Position numbers and translations under genes: made by a program. The notes below the pieces were generated by a model. It made no database searches and had not been told where the DNA came from. It worked only from the letters and a program-made list of their open reading frames with translations. A stretch of DNA of 20,000 nucleotides from an uncultured virus (IMG/VR IMGVR_UViG_3300036770_003021) (lineage: Duplodnaviria; Heunggongvirae; Uroviricota; Caudoviricetes), in IMG/VR virus record IMGVR_UViG_3300036770_003021, positions 114,040 to 134,039 of that record; one strand, given 5' to 3'. Positions 8,105-14,945 of the stretch are shown one piece after another. Numbering within the stretch: position 1 is the stretch's first letter; every line of letters begins with the position of its first letter.

Positions 8105-8185
8105 TTGACAAGTCAAAGGAATCGAACCTTTTCGGAACAGAGTCGCCCGCTCCTTTACCACGCCCTGCGCACTAGCACCTGTCAA
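8105..8185 (-). ncRNA. tRNA-like RNA with perfect T-arm, no anticodon arm
   Basis: TTGACAG/CTTGTCAA closing stem; AAAGG-TTCGATT-CCTTT T-arm. Confidence 0.5.
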
Positions 8186-8192
8186 AAACTAA

Positions 8193-8294
8193 ATTGTGTG
8201 GTTGGAATCGAACCAACGGCCCGTGCTTATTCACACTTTTACGGTGTCATTTACCATCATAGTGAGCACTGATCTACCCCTGAACTACACACAA
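8193..8294 (-). tRNA. tRNA-like gene with 37-nt expanded anticodon loop (isotype undetermined)
   Basis: Acceptor TTGTGTG/CACACAA, D-arm, GTGCT/AGCAC stem, GTTGG-TTCGATT-CCAAC; no CCA. Confidence 0.6.
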
Positions 8295-8301
8295 TCTAAA
8301 A

Positions 8302-8688
8302 TTAAATTTTGTTTTTTGTTTTTTGCCATTTTTCTACACAATATTCGTGGTATTCTTTTTTGCAAATTTCACATCTACATTTATGATTTATATAACCAGA
8401 TTTACCGTGTTTCCAAGATTCTCTATTAATTAAATAATCTTTGTTATCTAAACTTTTCTTCAAATGACACGGATAACATAATAATTGACATTTGTGTATT
8501 TCTCTTACAAAGACTTCTATATTTGTTGTAAACATAGAAGATATTTCATTCACTTTCGTTCTTGGATCTATATGGTCAAATTGTAAATCTTTTTCAGAAT
8601 TACATTTACAACATTTACCTCCAAGCATTTCAAGTCCAAGTTGTTTTCTTTTTTTTCTATAGTTTTGTATATATTCTTTTGTAGGCAT
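8302..8688 (-). CDS. HNH endonuclease
   Basis: CCKC...LQFDHIDP...KCQLLCYPCH; C-terminal HG..GY...CRCEIC motif. Confidence 0.88.
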   Translation of the reverse strand: MPTKEYIQNYRKKRKQLGLEMLGGKCCKCNSEKDLQFDHIDPRTKVNEISSMFTTNIEVFVREIHKCQLLCYPCHLKKSLDNKDYLINRESWKHGKSGYINHKCRCEICKKEYHEYCVEKWQKTKNKI

Positions 8689-8768
8689 AAATTTCTCCTA
8701 CAAATAAATATCATTGAATTAAACTAAAGTTACAAAAAGTTACAATGTTGTAATTGTTGTTAATAAAA

Positions 8769-8854
8769 TGGTGGGGTATGTAGGTAATGCTCCTACCCAG
8801 CCCGAAGGCAACGGTTTTACAGACCGTTCTGCGTCTTTATCAGTATAATACCCC
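8769..8854 (-). tRNA. tRNA-Tyr(GTA)
   Basis: ACGGT-CT-GTA-AA-ACCGT, GCC-TTCG-GGC variable arm, ACCA; T-loop AGCATTA. Confidence 0.9.
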
Positions 8855-8992
8855 AAAAAATATATAATGTATGATGAACAATGAAATTATTTAAATTTCT
8901 TAAGGCACTTTATGTTCATACTATTGCAATTTGATCAACTGCCTAACCCTCAATCAGCATACTCCATACATCATATAAAACTATTGAAAGAG

Positions 8993-9115
8993 CTCCAGAG
9001 GAGGGTTTCGAACCCCCAACCCTGCGGTTAACTTTGGCCTTGTGAGATTTGCACTCTCTATTAAATAATACTTTATGGCCCACAGCCGCATGCTCTACCA
9101 TTGAGCTACTCTGGA
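8993..9115 (-). tRNA. tRNA-Asn(GTT) interrupted by 51-nt anticodon-loop insertion
   Basis: TCCAGAGTAGCTCAATGGTAGAGCA-TGCGG-CT-[51 nt]-GTT-AA-CCGCA...TTCGAAA; no encoded CCA. Confidence 0.8.
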
Positions 9116-9123
9116 ATTGAAAA

Positions 9124-9201
9124 TGGCTCCAGCCCTTGGCTCCGCCCCAAGCTCGACACGGTTTAACAGACCGCCGGTTACACTAAGTTTCCTTGACTGG
9201 A
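9124..9201 (-). tRNA. tRNA-Asn(GTT)
   Basis: GCGGT-CT-GTT-AA-ACCGT, GCCA; T-loop GGCGGAG. Confidence 0.87.
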
Positions 9202-9392
9202 ATTAAAAATTAAATTTGAAAGTGTGGATTCTCTTACCACCACTTAGGGCGGACTGCCCAGTTCTGACTTCAACAGACTCTCTTTCAAAAAATGTTTACT
9301 GGATTTCACTATGCTTGTTCCACCTACTAACTATAACCTCGTCAGATTATAACCTTCAATGTCTATCAGTGTCAATACATTACTTACTACTT

Positions 9393-9469
9393 CAACTATT
9401 GATTCAGATTCGAACTGAATGACTACTGCATACAGCGCAGTTGCTTTACCAATTAAGCTACGTTCGTTG
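9393..9469 (-). pseudogene. Degenerate tRNA (intact D, anticodon and T arms; broken acceptor stem)
   Basis: TAGCTTAATTGGTAAAGC, ACTGC-GCTGTAT-GCAGT, TTCAG-TTCGAAT-CTGAA; acceptor strands do not pair, no CCA. Confidence 0.6.
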
Positions 9470-9492
9470 CCTTCACCTAATGTATTTAAAAA

Positions 9493-10164
9493 TTATTTAT
9501 ATACTCTACCTTTAACATATCCGTTTGTCAAGTATGTTTGTAGTTGTTCTTTTTTAATTTTAAGATTTTTATTTGTTTCAGAATGATATACCCAACAAGT
9601 TCCATATTGGGAATTTTTTGCACCGGATTGTGCTACTTTTAGTTTTTCTCCGATTTTCTTTTTTGTATCTTCTTTATGTTTTTTACCGGTCCAATGAAAA
9701 GCATTTTGTTTCCATTTTTCCTTTAAAGATGTTGATACTTTCTGTTTCCATTCTTCAAATAATCCTTTTTCAATTAAAAATTCTTTTATCTTATCTCCTG
9801 TCAACAAATTCTTTTTCCTAATCTCAATATTTTTATGATGTATATTTTTTCCAGATTCGTTTATATAAGAATAACCGCCATAACCACCTTCCATTATATT
9901 GTAAGTATTATTCGATTCAATAAATAATTGGTTTACAATTTCTCTTTCTTTGGAAAACATTTCTTCAGCGGTATCAAATATAAATAAAATTTCTTTAATA
10001 AAATTTTCTTCACCATATTTTTGTATTGCTCTTTTTAGAAGTTTTCCAGAACCCATATAATTGTCCTGCAAATTTTTTGTTTTATGCATTCCAATGTAAA
10101 TTTTTTGGTTCAATTTATTTGTAATCTTATATATCGTGTATTTATATTGAGCGTTCGTGTCCAT
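9493..10164 (-). CDS. GIY-YIG homing endonuclease (Seg-like)
   Basis: TIYKITNKLNQKIYIGMH...YMGSG; NUMOD3-like GKKHKEDTKKKIG; start reassigned to MDTNAQ (TATTTAT upstream, avoids tRNA-Trp overlap). Confidence 0.9.
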   Translation of the reverse strand: MDTNAQYKYTIYKITNKLNQKIYIGMHKTKNLQDNYMGSGKLLKRAIQKYGEENFIKEILFIFDTAEEMFSKEREIVNQLFIESNNTYNIMEGGYGGYSYINESGKNIHHKNIEIRKKNLLTGDKIKEFLIEKGLFEEWKQKVSTSLKEKWKQNAFHWTGKKHKEDTKKKIGEKLKVAQSGAKNSQYGTCWVYHSETNKNLKIKKEQLQTYLTNGYVKGRVYK

Positions 10165-10213
10165 AATAATAAATATAGACACGAACTCAAATAATATTAT
10201 TTTTTTTGAAATG

Positions 10214-10288
10214 CATCCACCGTAAGAATCGAACTTACCCACGGGCTTTTGGAGAGCCTGTCGCCTAATCCTTGGAACATTGGCGGAT
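10214..10288 (-). tRNA. tRNA-Trp(CCA)
   Basis: GGCT-CT-CCA-AA-AGCC, canonical T-loop; 3' CCA not encoded. Confidence 0.87.
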
Positions 10289-10298
10289 ATACTATAAA

Positions 10299-10375
10299 TG
10301 GCAGTCGCATTGGGATTTGAACCCTATTCTCCATCTTGAGAGGATGGTGTCCTATCACACATAGACGATGCGACC
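10299..10375 (-). tRNA. tRNA-Glu(CTC)
   Basis: CCATC-CT-CTC-AA-GATGG, GCCA. Confidence 0.92.
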
Positions 10376-10480
10376 GTTAAATATTGTGACGAGATTACCC
10401 CAGTAGGAATTACCCGGCATGCAAGGGCTCCTTCAATCTTTTGGGTTTAAGTCTCTTTGTTGCCCTCGTCACTTTTAAAA

Positions 10481-10558
10481 TGGTAGCCCCACGGGGAATT
10501 GAACCCACGATTTGTAGATTGAAAGTCTACCGTCCTATACCCATTAGACGATGAGGCC
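10481..10558 (-). tRNA. tRNA-Glu(TTC)
   Basis: GTAGA-CT-TTC-AA-TCTAC, ACCA. Confidence 0.93.
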
Positions 10559-10569
10559 ATTATATAAAT

Positions 10570-10647
10570 TGGTGCTTCAGTGAGGATTCGAACCCCAAAC
10601 TCAACGTTCGTAGCGTTGCGTGATAAATCCATTTTCACCACCGAAGC
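10570..10647 (-). tRNA. tRNA-Arg(ACG)
   Basis: CAACG-CT-ACG-AA-CGTTG, canonical T-loop, ACCA. Confidence 0.94.
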
Positions 10648-10653
10648 ATAAAT

Positions 10654-10729
10654 TGGTTACCCCACTTGGATTTTCACCAAGGTTGATGTCTCAGAGAACA
10701 CATCCGTCCTAAACCTAGACGATAGGGTA
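10654..10729 (-). tRNA. tRNA with Glu-like D-arm and 10-nt anticodon loop (isotype uncertain)
   Basis: GATGT-GTTCTCTGAG-ACATC; ATCGTCTA..GGACG D-arm; ACCA; T-loop TGAAAAT. Confidence 0.65.
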
Positions 10730-10737
10730 ATTAAAAT

Positions 10738-10813
10738 TGGGGTGAATAAGGAGATTTGCACTCCCTTTGATTGCTTCACAGGCAATGCTCTTACTACATA
10801 GAGGATATTCACC
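10738..10813 (-). tRNA. tRNA-His(GTG)
   Basis: ATTGC-CT-GTG-AA-GCAAT, G-1:C73, CCA; T-loop TGCAAAT. Confidence 0.9.
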
Positions 10814-10825
10814 ATTACTATAAGC

Positions 10826-10907
10826 TGGAGCCGTTGACAGGATTCGAACCTGCGATGATTTTCCAGTTTACAAAACTGGTGTTTTCAACCACTCAACTCA
10901 CAACGGC
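10826..10907 (-). tRNA. tRNA-Thr(TGT)
   Basis: CCAGT-TT-TGT-AA-ACTGG, canonical T-loop, CCA. Confidence 0.92.
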
Positions 10908-11101
10908 GTTAAATTTTCTTTACTTCAACATTCACAGTAATCACCTCAGTAATACTGTCATCGCCCTATGGGTTCTGTATTCCAGCATAACACCCACGGA
11001 CCAATCAATTGATTTTCCCAGACTTTACCCTATCGTCAATTTCTTGACTCACTGGAGGAGGTTCAACAGATGGAGTTTCAAACCTTCCTTACTCTTTATT
11101 C

Positions 11102-11129
11102 AGTCTATCACAGCTTTCGCCATTGTCAA
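11102..11129 (-). promoter_or_regulatory. sigma70-type promoter
   Basis: TTGACA-16 nt-TAGACT with TG extension. Confidence 0.55.
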
Positions 11130-11191
11130 CTGACTTTTAAAATTTCTTTTTCGTCATCCAATGAACTACTTACTTCGTTCACTGTTTAACT

Positions 11192-11219
11192 ACTTTACCA
11201 CACATCCAAAGAACGTCAA
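11192..11219 (-). promoter_or_regulatory. sigma70-type promoter at head of tRNA array 2
   Basis: TTGACG-16 nt (ending TGTGG)-TAAAGT. Confidence 0.65.
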
Positions 11220-11230
11220 CCCAGAAAATA

Positions 11231-11261
11231 AAAAAACCGTCACTTTTTTTCGGTGACGGTT
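11231..11261 (-). terminator. Intrinsic terminator of attenuator 2
   Basis: AACCGTCAC-loop-GTGACGGTT + T run; 5' arm overlaps antiterminator. Confidence 0.85.
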
Positions 11262-11288
11262 GATATTGTTTGGGTTTCAGATCTACAT

Positions 11289-11372
11289 TTACACAATATC
11301 AGCCGCCATACCTCTATCTTCACGATTTGTAAAGGTATTCCAACGCTTAATATTTGTATAATGTACTTTCAT
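11289..11372 (-). CDS. Leader peptide 2, MKVHYTNIKRWNTFTNREDRGMAADIV (27 aa)
   Basis: ATG..TAA whose 3' end is the antiterminator strand; codons 2-20 match anticodons of the downstream array. Confidence 0.8.
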   Translation of the reverse strand: MKVHYTNIKRWNTFTNREDRGMAADIV

Positions 11373-11631
11373 TACGTTAATATATATCAAGAAATTTACT
11401 AAACGTCAATATTTTTTTGCAAAATTCTTTATAACCTTATAACAACTATAAAAACAATACAGTGTCAAAGCACTCAAAGCACCCACTCCAAAACTCATAC
11501 CAATTGTTATAACCCAACCAATTATATTACGTTGCTCTTCGCTCAATGTAAACATATCGCACAATACATACTTGTTTTTCAATCATTAAACTTATTATAT
11601 TAAATTAAAATTATAAACAACTATTAACGCA

Positions 11632-12318
11632 ATGGTATCTATATCTGTTATGCACAATTTTACCATAGACTATACAGACGGACTTGTTATAAACAACAAC
11701 TACAACGATGTTGAATTCGCCAAAGACAAACAATCACACTACATGGTCAAAACTTACTTTGTGCACAAAAAAATAAAACGCAGCCTACAATCTCACCCAG
11801 ATCAATTGGGCATCACAGCCACCATAGAAGAAACACACTCATCTTCAGATAAAACACTGCTCACAACCAATAACTGCAACCTGGGATGTTGGCTAATGCC
11901 AAGCTTTGTAAAACACTTTGTTCCATATCACGTAGACATTTATTACAACGACAAATTGTATCAGTCAGATACTATGGACTGCAAATACAAATTGGTCAAT
12001 TTTACCCTTCACCCAAAAGATGATCGTGAACTATACACCTGGATGAATGTTATAGAAAATTTTAAAAAACAAATGCATTGCGACATATCCATAAAAAATG
12101 ATACAGTCGCCTCCACAACAGAATTTGACCACATCGCAGATGTAAAATACAACACCGATGATACAAATAAACAATATTACCTGGGTCTACACATCGGCAG
12201 ATTCTATCAACCCAATACTCAAATGCCAGATATAAATTATCACCCAGACCAATTGCATAATAAAAATTCCCTGGATATCATAAACGATATTCTATACTAC
12301 TATACCACCATAATTTAA
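11632..12318 (+). CDS. Hypothetical protein
   Basis: 228-aa ORF, co-oriented with next gene. Confidence 0.7.
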   Translation: MVSISVMHNFTIDYTDGLVINNNYNDVEFAKDKQSHYMVKTYFVHKKIKRSLQSHPDQLGITATIEETHSSSDKTLLTTNNCNLGCWLMPSFVKHFVPYHVDIYYNDKLYQSDTMDCKYKLVNFTLHPKDDRELYTWMNVIENFKKQMHCDISIKNDTVASTTEFDHIADVKYNTDDTNKQYYLGLHIGRFYQPNTQMPDINYHPDQLHNKNSLDIINDILYYYTTII

Positions 12319-12330
12319 TCATTACACTAT

Positions 12331-13011
12331 ATGCACAACACAGTACTAATGATACTATCAGTCAGAAATTCCAAAAGCTTCGAACAATCAGTCAATAAAT
12401 TGCAATGCGAAAAAATTTGGTTCAAAGGCTACAGAGAACACGAACTAGCACCAATAATAAATGACTTTATAAAAAATTCAAACTTCGAAAACTACTTCAT
12501 CACCCCAGACGATTTGATCATCAAACCATATCAGTTCGATCAATTGAAAAACGCACTACACTACCACGATATAGTTTCAGGCTGGGGAGTTATACGCCAA
12601 AATTGCACTCACACCACCATCACCAAACCACACAACTTCTTACAACAAAACATATTCAAACACCAATTCACAACCAATTATTTGAAAAACCAACAATACA
12701 ACTTTTCCTACAAAACTCACGAAATTAACTCGCTTCCAAATCAAATAGAAACCGCATTCACAGGATGGTTTTACACAGGTATGAAAAAACACATATGGAC
12801 ACAATATCCATACGAATGCCTAAACCCCCCATTCGCAAGCTCAGACCTGATGTTCAGTAGACGAGTTTTATTCGATAACAAATATAAACAAATTTGCATC
12901 AAAAGCGCAAACGTCATACACCTCTCCAACTCGAACACAATGTCAACAGACACATCATTCTTCGATATGTCCACATGCTTCTCAAATAAATCAATACTCA
13001 AAACCTTCTAA
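12331..13011 (+). CDS. Putative GT-A fold glycosyltransferase-like protein
   Basis: YFITPDDLII acidic motif after beta strand, SSDLMFS and VIHL motifs typical of GT2-like proteins. Confidence 0.5.
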   Translation: MHNTVLMILSVRNSKSFEQSVNKLQCEKIWFKGYREHELAPIINDFIKNSNFENYFITPDDLIIKPYQFDQLKNALHYHDIVSGWGVIRQNCTHTTITKPHNFLQQNIFKHQFTTNYLKNQQYNFSYKTHEINSLPNQIETAFTGWFYTGMKKHIWTQYPYECLNPPFASSDLMFSRRVLFDNKYKQICIKSANVIHLSNSNTMSTDTSFFDMSTCFSNKSILKTF

Positions 13012-13015
13012 CCAC

Positions 13016-13807
13016 TCAACAAACATACACCTTGTTGATGCCCTCACCACTAAACACATACTTCAACTTGTTGCCACTATCATTGTTAACACTGCTCCAA
13101 TAATGCACCTTGGACTCCATAGATATATTATGCGCATATATTAAATTTATACCATCATATATATCTAACCTCACATCTATAACACTACCACCATCATTTA
13201 CATACTCCACAAACTTATTTTGAATTTTATTGATATGTAATCTATCACTAACATTATTGATATCATCAACATAACACTGCATATCATTGTTGTAATATCC
13301 ACCACGATTTATATAATATCCATACTGATAACAATTGCTTTTAAATAACAAATTCAAATTGCTATACCTGCTCAACATAACATCATTGGTCAAATCACTT
13401 TGCTTGTGTATCTCATACACATTGCCATAATACTCTCCCTGCTCCAATTGATAAGGCACCGCAACCAAACACAATTGTTTGTTACGCTCTATAACATCCA
13501 TCAACACCAATGACTCTTGTACACTCAAATGCTCCAATATATCCCCCATTATTATAACATCATAATTGCAAATATCATAATTCATAACATTGCCTATTAT
13601 CACATTGTCATACAATTCATTCAACTTGTACTCCACCACATAAGGCAACCATACCTCCATACAATCCATTTTATACCCAAGATCCCGCAATAACTTACTA
13701 TAAGTACCAACACCAGCTCCAATATCCAATATCTTGCTACCGATATTCACATACTTTTCAAAATATACTCTAACATCACTCTTTAATATGTTATGACTAA
13801 TAGGCAT
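13016..13807 (-). CDS. Class I SAM-dependent methyltransferase
   Basis: KILDIGAGVGTY, YDVIIMGDILEHL; start likely MPISHN (13807). Confidence 0.85.
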   Translation of the reverse strand: MPISHNILKSDVRVYFEKYVNIGSKILDIGAGVGTYSKLLRDLGYKMDCMEVWLPYVVEYKLNELYDNVIIGNVMNYDICNYDVIIMGDILEHLSVQESLVLMDVIERNKQLCLVAVPYQLEQGEYYGNVYEIHKQSDLTNDVMLSRYSNLNLLFKSNCYQYGYYINRGGYYNNDMQCYVDDINNVSDRLHINKIQNKFVEYVNDGGSVIDVRLDIYDGINLIYAHNISMESKVHYWSSVNNDSGNKLKYVFSGEGINKVYVC

Positions 13808-14185
13808 ATTAATATATACACCCAAAACATTTATAAAAATCACATATACACTTTCTCCCATAAAAAAAATATCCCCCATGGTTTTTACACAAATTGTCCA
13901 AATAAACCCAAAAATACCCCCCAAAAACACCCTTTTACACCACTTTTATAAGCACTCAAACAAATGTACATATGTGCTTTTTCCCAAGTAAAAAACCTCC
14001 TTGTGTGTCATGAAGCTCTCCGTGGGGGTAGCGCGGGGCTGTTTGCTATGTTCAGAACCACTTCGGTAGGGTGCTGCATACCCCCTCCCCCCTATATAAA
14101 CAAAAAGAGGTAGGGAGTTATACCCCCCACCCCGTCAAGTTTATAAATAGGCTATTTGTGACATAGCCCCCTACCACCTACCCTA

Positions 14186-14698
14186 TTAGGCCCACTCAGT
14201 GAAGTTATTGGTTTTACCGTTCCACGGATAAGCCCAGCTGTAACTGGTCATCTTGAGACTCACACTATCACCATTAGGAATGATGCGTTTTGTGATACGT
14301 TTATTACCAACCGCATTGGGAACTGGAGTACACTCACCTTGCATATGACCAGTGTAAGTACGGTTCTGACCGATACCTGCAATGACCACTGACTTATTCT
14401 TTACTTCAAGTACTTTGTAGTAATCGATATTGGTTTGGTCATAACCCCAAGAGCACACAAAGATATCGCCTACATTGACTTTGGGTTTGGGTTGTTCGAC
14501 CTTAGTGACATCGGTTGTACGTACATTGATATTGTAATAAGAGAGGTTGCGATCAACTGCGGTACAATTAAGGATACCGGTACGAGTAGCTTTCCATACG
14601 CGTAGTTGAGTACCAGCAGGTATGACGGTGAGGTTATTGATTGAACCAAGGGCGATCTGAATGTTATTGGTAACGATGTCGTTCTTTTTAATAGCCAT
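14186..14698 (-). CDS. Conserved phage hypothetical protein
   Basis: VGDIFVCSWGYDQTNIDYY motif recalled from phage early proteins. Confidence 0.75.
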   Translation of the reverse strand: MAIKKNDIVTNNIQIALGSINNLTVIPAGTQLRVWKATRTGILNCTAVDRNLSYYNINVRTTDVTKVEQPKPKVNVGDIFVCSWGYDQTNIDYYKVLEVKNKSVVIAGIGQNRTYTGHMQGECTPVPNAVGNKRITKRIIPNGDSVSLKMTSYSWAYPWNGKTNNFTEWA

Positions 14699-14746
14699 AG
14701 TAGTATTAGTGTTTATTATTGTTGTTGTTGTGTTACCCCGAACAAA

Positions 14747-14899
14747 TTACTGGTAGTCAGCCATACAAGCACATTCAAATCGGTCCTCGTATGCCTGATC
14801 CAGATAGGCATCCTCGTTGATAGACTGTTCCCGATAGTCAGGAACGTACAGATCGGACATTTCGTTCTGGGGATCAATCGTGTTGAAGTCAACGTTCAT
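14747..14899 (-). CDS. Small acidic protein (50 aa; missed by ORF track)
   Basis: MNVDFNTIDPQNEMSDLYVPDYREQSINEDAYLDQAYEDRFECACMADYQ; own promoter at 14909-14936. Confidence 0.7.
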   Translation of the reverse strand: MNVDFNTIDPQNEMSDLYVPDYREQSINEDAYLDQAYEDRFECACMADYQ

Positions 14900-14908
14900 T
14901 GTGTAAAT

Positions 14909-14936
14909 AGAATACCAGAGTCTGGCTGAAAGTCAA
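14909..14936 (-). promoter_or_regulatory. Early-type promoter
   Basis: TTGACT-16-TATTCT, 9 nt before ATG. Confidence 0.75.
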
Positions 14937-14945
14937 CAGCTTTTT

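Noticed and set aside
9033..9083. Group I intron in tRNA-Asn
   Set aside because: Only 51 nt; no room for the catalytic core.
10447..10641. 64-aa minus-strand ORF
   Set aside because: Overlaps tRNA-Arg and tRNA-Glu; spurious.
10910..11083. Single frame interrupted by TGA and TAG, suggesting stop-codon recoding
   Set aside because: No start codon, no suppressor tRNA in the window, and other genes read intact in code 11; hairpins explain the region better.
3420..11133. Plus-strand ORFs (3420, 4825, 5006, 5694, 6169, 6779, 7334, 7671, 8196, 9216, 9573, 10771)
   Set aside because: Antisense to well-supported minus-strand genes, tRNAs or structured RNAs; no recognisable motifs.
12771..13001. 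76-aa minus-strand ORF
   Set aside because: Antisense inside the 12331-13011 gene.
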